Shown piece by piece: positions 18,367-28,204 of a DNA stretch of 64,000 bases (positions are counted from its first letter, which is position 1; each line of letters starts with the position of its first letter). Source of the stretch: an uncultured Acidobacteriota bacterium (lineage in GTDB: Bacteria > Acidobacteriota > Holophagae > Holophagales > Holophagaceae); contig CAVUDX010000008.1 of the NCBI GenBank assembly GCA_963740385.1, positions 172,055 to 236,054 of the forward strand. Reading direction: 5' to 3'. The translations under genes were made by a program, and so were the position numbers. The notes beneath the pieces were generated by a model. It did no database searches. It was not told the DNA's origin and saw nothing but the letters and a program-made list of their open reading frames with translations.

Positions 18367-19053
18367 CTATTTTTGGGTGGCCACGGCTGCCGGCGGAGGC
18401 TGCTGCATCTCCACGTAGAGGGCCTTCACCCCGTTGATGAGAAACTGCATGGCCACGGCGGCCAGGATGAGCCCCATGAGCTTGTTCATCACCTTGGTGC
18501 CGATGGCCCCCAGGCGCGAGAACACGGCGGGCGCCTTGCGCAGGAAGAGGTAGACGATCCAGGTATTCAACAGGATCGCCAGCAGGATCACGCCGTATTC
18601 CCACCAGCCGACGCCTGCGATCATGCCCATCACCGTGGAGATGGTGCCCGGCCCCGCCAGCAGGGGGATGCCGAAGGGGATGATGGCGAAGTCGTCCGGG
18701 TGCTTCAGGCTGGCCTCGGCCCGCTCGTCTTCGGTGCTGCGCTCCCGGGGATCGTCGCCGTAGAGCATGGAGATGGCCCGGTACAGGACCAGCACGCCGC
18801 CCACAAAGCGCATGGCCAGAGCCGTGAACCCGAAGAGGCTGAAGATGAACTGGCCCACCAGGGCGAAGGCCAGCATCGCGGCGCCGGCCGTGAGCGCGGC
18901 CTTCTTCGAGCTGCGCCGCAGGGCCTTGCGATCCATGCCCGCCGTGGCCCCCGCGAAGATCGCCGCGGCGCTGATGGGATTCAACACCGAGAAGAGCGAC
19001 GTGGTCACCCCGAGGGCGAAGGACCAGGTGGGCAGGGGGCCGAGGTGGGGCAT
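18367..19053 (-). CDS. MarC-family membrane protein
   Basis: LFSVLNPI, PFGIPLLAGPGTI, MGLILAAVAMQF. Confidence 0.88.
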   Translation of the reverse strand: MPHLGPLPTWSFALGVTTSLFSVLNPISAAAIFAGATAGMDRKALRRSSKKAALTAGAAMLAFALVGQFIFSLFGFTALAMRFVGGVLVLYRAISMLYGDDPRERSTEDERAEASLKHPDDFAIIPFGIPLLAGPGTISTVMGMIAGVGWWEYGVILLAILLNTWIVYLFLRKAPAVFSRLGAIGTKVMNKLMGLILAAVAMQFLINGVKALYVEMQQPPPAAVATQK

Positions 19054-19080
19054 GCCCAACTGTAGCGTTACCATGGCGCA

Positions 19081-19695
19081 ATGCGTGACCTGGACGCCCT
19101 GCGGGAACAACACAAGCGCCGCCTCTCCTGGATGCCCTGGCTCTATTTCGCCCTGAAACCGCGGCACCGGGCCTGGGCCGAGCCCTGGCAGGCGGAAGTG
19201 CAAGCCCGCCTCGTGGCCCAGGAGACGGTGGCGCTTGGAACGGGCTGCTTCATCGCCCCGGAAGCCGCCATCTTTGGTGAGCCGGGCCGCGCCGTGACCC
19301 TGGGGGACCGCTGCGCCGTCGCCGCCCAGGCCTTCCTTCACGGACCCCTCACCCTGGGAAGCGACGTCAGCGTCAATGCAGGCGCCCGCTTGGACGGGGG
19401 TCGCAAGGGCATCACCATTGGCGATGGCACCCGCATCGCCAGTGGCGCCGTCCTCTATGCCTTCGACCACGGCCTGAAGGCCGACCGCGACATCAGGGAC
19501 CAGCCTGTGCGCTCGCGGGGCATCCGCATCGGTCGGGACGTCTGGATTGGCGCGAACGCCGGCATCACCGATGGGGTCAGCATCGGTGACCATGCGGTGG
19601 TGGCCATGGGCGCCGTGGTCACCCGAGACGTGCCGGATTGGGCCATCGTCGCGGGGGTGCCGGCGACCCTCATGGGTGACCGCCGAGACCGGTGA
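19081..19695 (+). CDS. Hexapeptide-repeat acyltransferase
   Basis: IGRDVWIGANA, IGDHAVVAMGAVVTRDVP, AGVPA. Confidence 0.88.
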   Translation: MRDLDALREQHKRRLSWMPWLYFALKPRHRAWAEPWQAEVQARLVAQETVALGTGCFIAPEAAIFGEPGRAVTLGDRCAVAAQAFLHGPLTLGSDVSVNAGARLDGGRKGITIGDGTRIASGAVLYAFDHGLKADRDIRDQPVRSRGIRIGRDVWIGANAGITDGVSIGDHAVVAMGAVVTRDVPDWAIVAGVPATLMGDRRDR

Positions 19696-19875
19696 CCGCC
19701 CCGGTGGCGGGTGTCGCCCCCTGCCTCACCGTGGCGTCCAGGCGTTGCAATTGGCGCAGCCCGAGCTTCTCAATAATCTATAAGCAAATATGAATCACAT
19801 AGATGTGTTTTGGCACGCCTCGTGAAATCTTCCCTGCCTCGGGCCCACCGGGGCCCATCGCATCAGGGAGGTTCC

Positions 19876-20193
19876 ATGCGTCGTCTGGCCCTGCTCGCCC
19901 TTCTCACCCTCGTGACCCTGCCCGTCGCCGCCCACGGCCATCATCAGCCTCGTCCGTACCGGCGGGGAGCGATGGAATTCTGCCGTCCCGACTCCCACTG
20001 GGTCGCGCGCCGCTATGACCCGCGGGAGGATCGCTGGGCTCGCCGCCCCGCCCGCTGCGACGAGCGCCGCTGGGAGGACCGGTTCGACCGGTATGAGGAT
20101 CGCTGCGAGGACCGCATCGTCCTGGGTCCCCTCCCCCGGCCGCTGCTCCCGCCCCTGCCATTCAGGGGCCAGGTGATTGTGCGTTTTCGCTGA
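19876..20193 (+). CDS. Small exported Arg-rich hypothetical protein
   Basis: GGAGG RBS, signal peptide MRRLALLALL. Confidence 0.6.
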   Translation: MRRLALLALLTLVTLPVAAHGHHQPRPYRRGAMEFCRPDSHWVARRYDPREDRWARRPARCDERRWEDRFDRYEDRCEDRIVLGPLPRPLLPPLPFRGQVIVRFR

Positions 20194-20323
20194 CGTTTGG
20201 ACAGCCGCTGTCTATGGGCTGGGTGAACAATGAGGCGTACCTCCCCCTGGGTTTTTCGGTTCCCGGACTTGACAAGCGCGAAAAAAAGACGAATATAGAT
20301 GGAACGGGACCTACGGAGCGCCC

Positions 20324-20524
20324 ATGCGGACACCCCTTCGTCAGTTCGGCTACAAGCTCAGCGACTACTTCATGGAATATGGCCCCCTCGAGGCCAGCAA
20401 CCTGGAGGCCGCCAAGGCCCTGGTGCGGCAGCGGCTCGGGGTCGGCCGGCTGCCGCTGGGCGTACAGATCTGGGACCTCAGTGAACGCCCCCTGACCCGT
20501 TGGCGGGTGGACGCCGCCAGCTGA
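20324..20524 (+). CDS. Hypothetical 66-aa protein
   Basis: GGAG RBS, upstream TTGACA in an A-rich stretch, GC-rich third positions. Confidence 0.55.
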   Translation: MRTPLRQFGYKLSDYFMEYGPLEASNLEAAKALVRQRLGVGRLPLGVQIWDLSERPLTRWRVDAAS

Positions 20525-20529
20525 AGCGC

Positions 20530-21471
20530 CTACGGCTGGTCCGCGCGGCCCTTCCACCAGGCCAGGCCTTCGGCCACGTCCTTCGCAATCTGCACCCTCA
20601 GCTCCTCCACCGAAGCGAACTTCGCCTCGCCACGGAGGCGGTGGAGGAACCGCAATTCCATGCGCGCGCCATAGAGGTCGCCCTCGTAGCCCGGAAGGTG
20701 CGTCTCCACCGACATGCGTCGCCCCTCAAAGGTCGGTTTCTCCCCCACGTTGGTGAGGCCGAGGTGGATGCCGCCGTGATGGGGGAGCCATGCCTCGGTG
20801 ACATAGACCCCGAAGGCCGGCAGCTGCTCCTGCTCCCAGGCGAGGTTCGCGGTGGGGAAGCCGAGGTGCCGGCCCCGCCGGTCCCCTTCCACCACGACCC
20901 CGGTCAGAGCATACGGATGGCCCAGGAACTGCGCCGCCTCCTCGACCCGGCCCTGATCCAGCGTCTCTCGGATGCGGGTACTGGACAGACGGCCGCCATC
21001 CGCGGCCCGCAGGGCGAGGGTGTGAACGCGGCAGCCGTGGGCCGCTCCCCAGGCTTCGAGGGTCTCCACGGTCCCCTGCCGGTCCCGGCCGAAACAGAAG
21101 GCCCGGCCCACATGCAGCTCCACCGGCGACAGGATGCGGCCCAGCTGGTCGAGGAAGGCCTCCGGACTCAGCTCGGAGAAGGCCCGGCTGAAGGGGATCA
21201 CCCAGGCCAGGTCCATGCCCTCCGCCGCAAAAGCCGCCAGCCGCTGCTCCAGCGTCATCATCAGCTTCGGCTTCCGCTGCGGCGCCACCACCAGGGTGGG
21301 GTGGGGGTCGAAGGTCACCACGGCCGCAGGTCGAGCCAGGGCCCGGGCGCGCCCGGCGGCCAACCGGAGCAGCTCCCGGTGGCCCGCATGGACGCCGTCG
21401 AAGGTGCCCAGGGTGACCACCACGGGCGGTGACGCCGGGGCAGTCTCCAGCGTGTGGTGCCAGACCTCCAT
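20530..21471 (-). CDS. ribF: Bifunctional riboflavin kinase/FAD synthetase
   Basis: GTFDGVHAGH, TFDPHP, LSSTRIR, LGFPTAN, VETH. Confidence 0.95.
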   Translation of the reverse strand: MEVWHHTLETAPASPPVVVTLGTFDGVHAGHRELLRLAAGRARALARPAAVVTFDPHPTLVVAPQRKPKLMMTLEQRLAAFAAEGMDLAWVIPFSRAFSELSPEAFLDQLGRILSPVELHVGRAFCFGRDRQGTVETLEAWGAAHGCRVHTLALRAADGGRLSSTRIRETLDQGRVEEAAQFLGHPYALTGVVVEGDRRGRHLGFPTANLAWEQEQLPAFGVYVTEAWLPHHGGIHLGLTNVGEKPTFEGRRMSVETHLPGYEGDLYGARMELRFLHRLRGEAKFASVEELRVQIAKDVAEGLAWWKGRADQP

Positions 21472-22415
21472 CACTCGGCCCCGCCATGCTCGGAAGGCCA
21501 GGCCAGGCTGGCGATGACGCTGCCCGACAGCACGGCGGCGATGACCAGGAGGCTGACCTGGACGGGAATGTGCAGCCACTGGGCGATGCACATCTTCACC
21601 CCCACGAAGGTCAGCACGACAGCCAGCCCGGTCTTCAGGCGGTGGAACCGATCCATCATCTTGGCGAGCAGGAAGTAGAGGCTGCGGAGCCCCAGGATGG
21701 CGAAGATGTTGGACGTGTAGACCACGAAGGGGTCGCGGCTGACGGCCAAGACCGCCGGGATGGAATCCACGGCGAAGACCAGGTCGGTCACCTCGATGGT
21801 CAAGAGCACCAACAGCATCGGCGTGGCGAGCCGGCGGCCTTCCCGCACCACCCAGAAATGCTCGTGGCCCCCGGTCTCGTCATAGGGAACGAAGCGCCGG
21901 AAGGCCCGCACCAGACCGTTCTGGGTCGGATCCGCGTCCTTGGTTTCCACCAGCAGCATTTTCAGGCCGGTGTAGACCAGGAAGGCCCCGAAGAGGTACA
22001 TCATCCATTCGAAGCGGTTCAACAGCGCCGTGCCCGCCAGGATCATGGCGGCGCGCATGACGAGGGCGCCCAGCACGCCCCAGAAGAGCACCCGGTGCTG
22101 GTGGCGCAGGTCCACCTGGAAGCTCTGGAAGACCAGCACGAACACGAAGAGGTTGTCGACGCTGAGGGACTTCTCCAGCACATAGCCGGTGAACCACTCG
22201 AGGCCCTTCTGGGTCCCCTCGGCCTGGAAGATCAGCACGTTGAAAATGAGCGCCAGCGTGATCCAGACCGCACTCCAGATGCCCGCCTCCCGCATGGAGG
22301 GGGCGTGCACTCGGCGGTGGAAGACCCCGAGGTCGAGGGCCAGCATGAGGAACACGAACGCGTGGAATCCCACCCAGGCCCACCAGGGCGCGGCTTGGAG
22401 CAGTGCGTCGACCAA
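21471..22415 (-). CDS. TerC/Alx-family membrane protein
   Basis: EKSLSVDNLFVF, DLVFAVDSIPA, SNIFAILGLRSLYF. Confidence 0.93.
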   Translation of the reverse strand: MVDALLQAAPWWAWVGFHAFVFLMLALDLGVFHRRVHAPSMREAGIWSAVWITLALIFNVLIFQAEGTQKGLEWFTGYVLEKSLSVDNLFVFVLVFQSFQVDLRHQHRVLFWGVLGALVMRAAMILAGTALLNRFEWMMYLFGAFLVYTGLKMLLVETKDADPTQNGLVRAFRRFVPYDETGGHEHFWVVREGRRLATPMLLVLLTIEVTDLVFAVDSIPAVLAVSRDPFVVYTSNIFAILGLRSLYFLLAKMMDRFHRLKTGLAVVLTFVGVKMCIAQWLHIPVQVSLLVIAAVLSGSVIASLAWPSEHGGAE

Positions 22416-22476
22416 AGGTCCTCCCGGACCACCAGCTTATCTGGGATGGGCAAGGGGCGTGCGTCGCCGCAGCAAA

Positions 22477-22504
22477 GGAACGGGCCCCAGCTGAGGCCCG
22501 TTCC
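22477..22504 (-). terminator. Intrinsic terminator
   Basis: ggaacgggcc-loop-ggcccgttcc followed by TTT on the minus strand. Confidence 0.65.
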
Positions 22505-22518
22505 GTCTTCCAGTCGTC

Positions 22519-22875
22519 CTACTTCCGGGTCTGGGCGTCGTGCTTCTGCCGGTGGATCCTGCGGCTTTCGCGGTTCTGCTCCCGCTCGATCTTGGCGGCT
22601 TCCTTTTTGGTGACCTTGCCATCGGCTTCCGCCTTGGCAATGTCGCGGTTGACCTTCCCCTCCTGGCGCTCCAGGCGGGCGGTCTCCTTCGGGGTCAGCT
22701 GGCCGCTGGCCACGCCCTGGGCGATGCGCTTCTGCTGCCGTTCAGCGCGCTTCTCGGCGTGCTGCTCGCGCTTGGGGGTGCTGGTCTGGGTGCCGGGCTG
22801 GGGGGCCTGGGCGGCCAGGGAGGCGCCCAGAAGCAGGGTGCCGAAGAGGGCCGCGGCGAGACGGAGGCGGTTCAT
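22519..22875 (-). CDS. Small exported helical repeat protein
   Basis: Signal peptide; QQKRIAQGVASGQLTPKE and ADGKVTKKE repeats. Confidence 0.8.
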   Translation of the reverse strand: MNRLRLAAALFGTLLLGASLAAQAPQPGTQTSTPKREQHAEKRAERQQKRIAQGVASGQLTPKETARLERQEGKVNRDIAKAEADGKVTKKEAAKIEREQNRESRRIHRQKHDAQTRK

Positions 22876-23068
22876 GGCCGTTCCTTTCAAGTTAGGGGCA
22901 AGGGCCCCGGGGGGAGTGGAATCACGTCCTGTGCCAGTCAGGCATCCGGACTGACCCCACGCTTTGGAGAATGGTTGAGGCGACCCGGTGAGGAACGTTG
23001 CCCCATGGGTGCGCAGGCCGTGTCGCGCCTTGCATCACGCAGGCCCCTGGCTGGCATCATGGAAGGCC

Positions 23069-23794
23069 ATGAGCCTTCCCCGCCTCTTTCTGGATGTCGA
23101 CGCCGCTGCAGAGGGCCTGGTGGTGCCCCTCGGCCCGGAGGCCACCCGTCATCTGCGGGCCCTCCGCCTCAAGCCCGGTGCCGCCGTGGAACTCGTCCTC
23201 GGTGACCAGGCCTGGCGCGCCGACCTCGTGGAACTGGATCGAGCACGTGCTTCGGTTCGGCTGGTGGCCCCCCTCCTGGAGGACCGCGAACCGCCCATCG
23301 CCCTCCAGGCTTGTCTCCCCCTGCCCGCCCAGCTCAGCCTCTTCGACGAATGGCTGCCACCCCTGGTGGAGCTGGGGGTCACCCTGGTGCAGCCCGTGAT
23401 CTATGCCCGCAGCGAGTTCGATCCGACCAAGACGGCCGCGCGCATGGACCGGTGGCGCCGCCTCATCCAGACGGCCTGCGAGCAGAGCCACCGCTCCCGG
23501 CGCCCCGACCTGCGCCCTCCCATGCCTTTTGCAGGGCTGCTCACCTGGGAGGCGCCCCAGAAGTGGGTGGCCTACGAGCTCCGGACCGGCCAGGGGAACC
23601 CCCCGTTTCGCCGGGAGGCCCTGGCCTTCACCAGTGGGCCCGAGGGGGGCATCACCGACGAGGAGTTCGTCGCCCTCGCCGCGGCCGGGTGGCTCGCGGT
23701 CAGCCTTGGGCCGAGCATCCTCCGGGCCGTGACCACCCCGGTGGCACTTCTGGGGGCGGTGCAGTTCCAGTTGGGACAGACCGACCCCGTGTGA
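23069..23794 (+). CDS. rsmE: 16S rRNA m3U1498 methyltransferase
   Basis: HLRALRL, ELGV, ACEQSHR, GPEGG, SLGPSILRA. Confidence 0.85.
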   Translation: MSLPRLFLDVDAAAEGLVVPLGPEATRHLRALRLKPGAAVELVLGDQAWRADLVELDRARASVRLVAPLLEDREPPIALQACLPLPAQLSLFDEWLPPLVELGVTLVQPVIYARSEFDPTKTAARMDRWRRLIQTACEQSHRSRRPDLRPPMPFAGLLTWEAPQKWVAYELRTGQGNPPFRREALAFTSGPEGGITDEEFVALAAAGWLAVSLGPSILRAVTTPVALLGAVQFQLGQTDPV

Positions 23795-23950
23795 GCCCCG
23801 GCTTCGGCCGGTGGATCGAGGGTGGTCTGTGCTTTTCATCCCTTTTCCGGTTTTTTTCGGCGTACCGGTCAAGAATGCCCCGGCCTTGACGATGGGTAGG
23901 TTTGTGCCCGGCCGGGCGTGTGCCCAGGACGGCCTTGAGGAGATCCGTTC

Positions 23951-24448
23951 ATGAAGCTTGTGACCCTTCTGTCCGCCGCCGCCCTGCTGACCACCTCCCT
24001 GGTGGCGGGGGACTACGACTCCATCGGCAAGGCCATGCACAGTGCCTGGCCCCATGTGGGCACCGTGGCCGTGGTGTGCGACGCCGCCCACAGCAAGAGC
24101 TCCGTCGATGCCATCAGTGGGGCCCTGCCCGGCATGAAGGTTGTCGTCATCGACGTGAAGGGGCCCCAGGACATGGGCAAGGCCCTCGGCACCCTCGGCA
24201 GCCGGCGGCCTGATGCCGTGGTGCTGGTGGCCGGGGACAAGGTCGCCGGCGACGGGACCAGCGCCGCCACCTTCCTCATTCAGCGCATGGCCGCCGCCAA
24301 GGTGCCCACCGTGGCCACCACGGAGGCCGGGGTGCGCCAGGGCGCCGTCCTCGGCATGGGTCCCGGCACCGGCGGCAAGCTGCTGGCCAATGCCAAGGTT
24401 GCCGGCGTCGCAGGGGTTACCATCCCCGCCGGGGCCAGCCAGATCTGA
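23951..24448 (+). CDS. Exported hypothetical protein (possible periplasmic-binding/YfiR-like fold)
   Basis: GGAG RBS, signal peptide, alpha/beta pattern. Confidence 0.6.
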   Translation: MKLVTLLSAAALLTTSLVAGDYDSIGKAMHSAWPHVGTVAVVCDAAHSKSSVDAISGALPGMKVVVIDVKGPQDMGKALGTLGSRRPDAVVLVAGDKVAGDGTSAATFLIQRMAAAKVPTVATTEAGVRQGAVLGMGPGTGGKLLANAKVAGVAGVTIPAGASQI

Positions 24449-24501
24449 CCCCAACACACCACGCCATGCGAGGTAGCATGAAGGCTCCCCCGGGAGCCTT
24501 C

Positions 24502-26100
24502 ATGCGTTGTGCGCTGCCCTTGCTGGTCACGACCGGCCTCCTGGCCCAGACCCCCGTACCACCCAGGGTTCCGGAAGCCCCCCTGCGGGCTCACTTGGCC
24601 TTCCTGGCGGACGACCTTCTCGAAGGCCGCGGAACTGGGCAACGGGGGGCGGACCTTGCGGTGCGGTACCTCGAGACGCAGCTCCAGGCCCTGGGCCTGA
24701 AGCCCGCCAACGGGGCTTCCTTCCGCCAGCCAGTGCGCCTGGTGGGCCTGCGCACCCAGCCCGAAGGCAGCGTGATCAGCTTCCAGGGCGGCGGCGCCTG
24801 TGCCAGTCCGGCCTTCGGGACGGACATCGTCTACGGCGCGGGGGTGCCCAGCGCCGAGCAGACCTTCGAGGCGCCGCTGGTGTTCGTGGGCTACGGCATT
24901 GACGCCCCAGAGTGGCGCTGGAACGACTACAAGGACCTGGACCTGCGGGGCAAGGTGCTACTCATGCTCGTGAACGAGCCCACCCCCACCGCGGAGGAAC
25001 CCGCGCTGTTCGACGGCCCCAACCTCAGCGCCTACGGCCGCTGGACCACCAAGTTCGAGATGGCGGCCCGGCACGGGGCCGCCGGGGTGCTGCTGGTCCA
25101 CACCACGCCCTCGGCCAGCTACGGCTGGTCCGTCGTGCGCAACGGGTGGGACGGGGAACGGTTCCAACTGGCCCGGGGACCTGCGGGCGCCCCCCTGGAA
25201 GGCTGGGTCACCGAGGCCACCGCCCGGGCCCTGGTCCAACAGGGGGGCCAGGACCTCGACGCCCTGCGCGGGGCCGCGCTGCGTCGTGACTTCAGGCCGG
25301 TGCCGCTCGAGCTCACCCTCAAGGGCACCCTGCGCAGTTCCGTGCGCACCGTGGACCAATTCAACGTGGCCGGGCTCATCCCCGGCACCGACCCCCAGCT
25401 GAAGCAGGAGCTGGTGATCTATACCGCCCACTGGGATCACCTGGGCATGGGCAAAGCCCCCAACGGGGACTCCCATCCGGGGCACGAGGGGGACGCCATT
25501 TACAACGGCGCCGTGGACAACGCCTCCGGGTGCGCGGCCCTGCTGGCCATGGCCCAGGTGGCCCGGGCCCAGCCCGCGAAGCGCAGCCAGATGTTCCTCT
25601 TTGTCTGCGCCGAGGAGCAGGGGCTCCTGGGCTCCAAGGCCTACGCGACGGATCCGCTGTGGCCGCTGGCGACGACCGCCGCGGACCTGAACCTCGACAG
25701 CCTCAACTTCGTGGCTCCCACCCGGGACATCGGCCTGCCGTTCGGTGAGCGCAGCACCCTGGGCGAGCTGGGCGCCGCCGTAGCCAAGGCCTCGGGCCTG
25801 CGCGTGGCACCGACGCGACCCGACACCTCTGGCGGCTACTTCCGCTCGGACCACTACAGCTTCGTCTCCGCGGGCGTACCTGCGCTGTCCGTGGGCGGCG
25901 GTCGGGACTACCTGGGTGCCGACCCGACGGCCCTGAAGGCCAAGGCCACCGCCTTTGGGCCCCGCTACCACCAGGTGACGGACGAATACGACCCCACCTG
26001 GGACCTGCGCGGCATGGTGCAGCAGGCCCAGTTCACCCTGGACCTGGGCCTGGCCATCGCCAACGCCCCCACGCGGCCCCACTTCAAGGCCACACCCTAG
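24502..26100 (+). CDS. M28-family aminopeptidase with PA domain
   Basis: LEGRGTG, AHWDHLG, NGAVDNASG, AEEQGLLGS, RSDH, YHQVTD. Confidence 0.92.
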   Translation: MRCALPLLVTTGLLAQTPVPPRVPEAPLRAHLAFLADDLLEGRGTGQRGADLAVRYLETQLQALGLKPANGASFRQPVRLVGLRTQPEGSVISFQGGGACASPAFGTDIVYGAGVPSAEQTFEAPLVFVGYGIDAPEWRWNDYKDLDLRGKVLLMLVNEPTPTAEEPALFDGPNLSAYGRWTTKFEMAARHGAAGVLLVHTTPSASYGWSVVRNGWDGERFQLARGPAGAPLEGWVTEATARALVQQGGQDLDALRGAALRRDFRPVPLELTLKGTLRSSVRTVDQFNVAGLIPGTDPQLKQELVIYTAHWDHLGMGKAPNGDSHPGHEGDAIYNGAVDNASGCAALLAMAQVARAQPAKRSQMFLFVCAEEQGLLGSKAYATDPLWPLATTAADLNLDSLNFVAPTRDIGLPFGERSTLGELGAAVAKASGLRVAPTRPDTSGGYFRSDHYSFVSAGVPALSVGGGRDYLGADPTALKAKATAFGPRYHQVTDEYDPTWDLRGMVQQAQFTLDLGLAIANAPTRPHFKATP

Positions 26101-26232
26101 GTGGTTGCGGCACCCGCCCAAGCGGATCCCCCAACGAAAATCCCCCGATCCTCGCGCCGCCCTTCGGCTCCCGCTCCCAAGCGCCGATGCCTCCTTCCGT
26201 TAGAATGGGCCGAGACTGGTGGAGGAGCTTCC

Positions 26233-26844
26233 ATGCGGCAATTGGTTCCCTTGGTTCTGGTGGGGTTGGCCTCCTTTGGTCAGGCCCAGGCGCCAACCGC
26301 CCCGGCCCCGACGCCCGCCATGGCTGCGTCCGTGGCACCCACCTCAACCGGGGATTTGAACCCATTCGTCGACCTCTTCTACCCAGGGGCGGCCTGGCCT
26401 GACCTCTCCCAGACGGCGTTCAAGCACCTGGGCACCAGCACCGTCGAGGGCACGACCCACCTGAAGGGCGAGGTGGACGGCTTTCAGGTGGATGTGTTCA
26501 CGGTCGACCAGAAAACTGTGGCCGGCGGCATTCTCACCCAGCCCCAGGTCATCCCCATCGGCGATGAGGCCGCGGCCCAGCGCCACATCGCGGCCATGGA
26601 GAAGGTCATGGCCCGCATGGGCGCCCTGGTTCATCAGCCTGTGAAGACGAATGACGAGCCTGCCCGGACCACCCAGCTGTCTGCCGGCTACAAGTCGATC
26701 TTCTACGGGGCCAAGGCCTTCTACATCAACACCGGCGGCTACCGCATCGAGACCCGCATCGAGTTCGGTTCCAAGCGGTACTACTACACCATCCTTGAAT
26801 CCGCGCTGCCGGGCAGCATCACCTTTCAGTTCCGCAAGGGCTGA
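26233..26844 (+). CDS. Exported hypothetical protein
   Basis: GGAGGAG RBS, signal peptide. Confidence 0.65.
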   Translation: MRQLVPLVLVGLASFGQAQAPTAPAPTPAMAASVAPTSTGDLNPFVDLFYPGAAWPDLSQTAFKHLGTSTVEGTTHLKGEVDGFQVDVFTVDQKTVAGGILTQPQVIPIGDEAAAQRHIAAMEKVMARMGALVHQPVKTNDEPARTTQLSAGYKSIFYGAKAFYINTGGYRIETRIEFGSKRYYYTILESALPGSITFQFRKG

Positions 26845-26856
26845 GTCCTGCGCGCC

Positions 26857-27363
26857 ATGGCATCCACCCCGGCATCCGCCCCCCCGTCCCGCCCCTTTGT
26901 CGGCCTCCTCGGCTGGCTGGGGTTGGCTTTTGGCTCTGCAGCGCTGGGGGCCCTCGCCTCCACCCAGGCGCGGACCTTCTACGCCCAGATCGTCCGTCCC
27001 ACCTGGGCCCCGCCGGGCTGGGTCTTCGGGCCGGTGTGGAGCCTGCTGTACCTGCTGATGGGCCTTGCGGCCTGGCTGGTGTGGCGCGAGGGCGGGTTTC
27101 GTGGGGCCCGCTCAGCCCTGACCCTGTTCCTGGTGCAGCTTGCGGCCAACGCCCTCTGGTCCTGGCTGTTCTTCGCCTGGCGCCAGGGTGCGCTGGCCTC
27201 CCTGGAGATCCTCCTGCTGTGGGGGCTCATCCTCGCCACCCTGCTCGCCTTCCGGCGCGTGAAGCCCCTGGCGGCCTGGCTGCTGCTGCCCTACCTGGCC
27301 TGGGTGACCTTCGCCGTCGCCCTCTGCTGGGCCACCTGGCGGATGAATCCACAGGCGCTTTAG
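26857..27363 (+). CDS. tspO: TspO/MBR tryptophan-rich sensory protein
   Basis: PTWAPPGWVFGPVW, LLLPYLAWVTFA. Confidence 0.92.
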   Translation: MASTPASAPPSRPFVGLLGWLGLAFGSAALGALASTQARTFYAQIVRPTWAPPGWVFGPVWSLLYLLMGLAAWLVWREGGFRGARSALTLFLVQLAANALWSWLFFAWRQGALASLEILLLWGLILATLLAFRRVKPLAAWLLLPYLAWVTFAVALCWATWRMNPQAL

Positions 27364-28202
27364 CCGAGGTCCCGGGTTCCCTGCAGCGACGCCTTGGCGG
27401 CTTCCATGCGGGTGATGGCCTCGGGGCCCTTTTGCAGGGCCAGGGCCACCGTGAGCACGTCGATGATGGTCAGGTGGACCAGCCGGGCCACCATGGGCGC
27501 GTACACGTCCGGGTTTTCCTGCACATCGGCGGGGAGCAGCAGGTCGGCGACCTCCGCCAGGGGCGAGCCGGTGCGCGTCAGCGCCACCACGGTGGCGCCG
27601 GCGCGGCGCGCCAGGGCCGCGACCTCCAGCAGGGAGCGGGTGCGGCCGGAGTTGGAAATGATCAGCGCCACGGCGTCGCTGGGCAGCAGGGCTGCGGCCA
27701 CCCGCTGCATCTGGGCGTCCACGCAGGCGATCGTGGGCGTACCCAGTCGGAACAGCTTCATCTGCGCGTCCAGGACCGTGACGCTGGAGTTGCCAAGGCC
27801 ATAGCACTCGATGCGGCTGGCGCGGTCGAAGGCCGCCACCACGCGGGCCACAGCCTCCGGCGGCAGCGCGTCGCGGCCCAGGGCCAGCCCCGAGGCGGCG
27901 GCATCGAAGACCTTGCGGATGAGGTGGGCCGGGTCATCGCCCGGGCTCAGGCGGGCGTGCACGAAGGGGATGCCCGCCCCCAGGTCGCCCGCCAGCTTCA
28001 GCTTGAAGGCCGGCAGCCCGGTGCATTGGAGGCGGCGGCAGAAGCGTATGACCGTGGGCTGGCTCACCTGGGCCCAGAGGGCCAGCTGGGAGATGGGCGC
28101 GGAGATCACTTCCACGGGTCGCTGCAGCACGAGCTCCGCCACGCGGCGCTCGGAGGGCGGCAGCGTGGGCAGGGAGGCCTGGATGCGGGTCAGCAGCGAC
28201 AT
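27360..28202 (-). CDS. hexR: RpiR-family regulator HexR
   Basis: SERRVA, VSQPTVIRFC, SIS domain ISNSGRT; in the zwf-pgl operon. Confidence 0.85.
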   Translation of the reverse strand: MSLLTRIQASLPTLPPSERRVAELVLQRPVEVISAPISQLALWAQVSQPTVIRFCRRLQCTGLPAFKLKLAGDLGAGIPFVHARLSPGDDPAHLIRKVFDAAASGLALGRDALPPEAVARVVAAFDRASRIECYGLGNSSVTVLDAQMKLFRLGTPTIACVDAQMQRVAAALLPSDAVALIISNSGRTRSLLEVAALARRAGATVVALTRTGSPLAEVADLLLPADVQENPDVYAPMVARLVHLTIIDVLTVALALQKGPEAITRMEAAKASLQGTRDLG

Positions 28203-28204
28203 GG

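Noticed and set aside
18367-19593. 408-aa extended MarC, and similarly extended zwf, malK and ribF ORFs
   Set aside because: The extensions overlap neighbouring genes; family homology begins at internal starts.
22416-22518. yybP-ykoY Mn riboswitch before TerC
   Set aside because: The short gap holds a terminator of the upstream gene and lacks the GGGGAGUA core.
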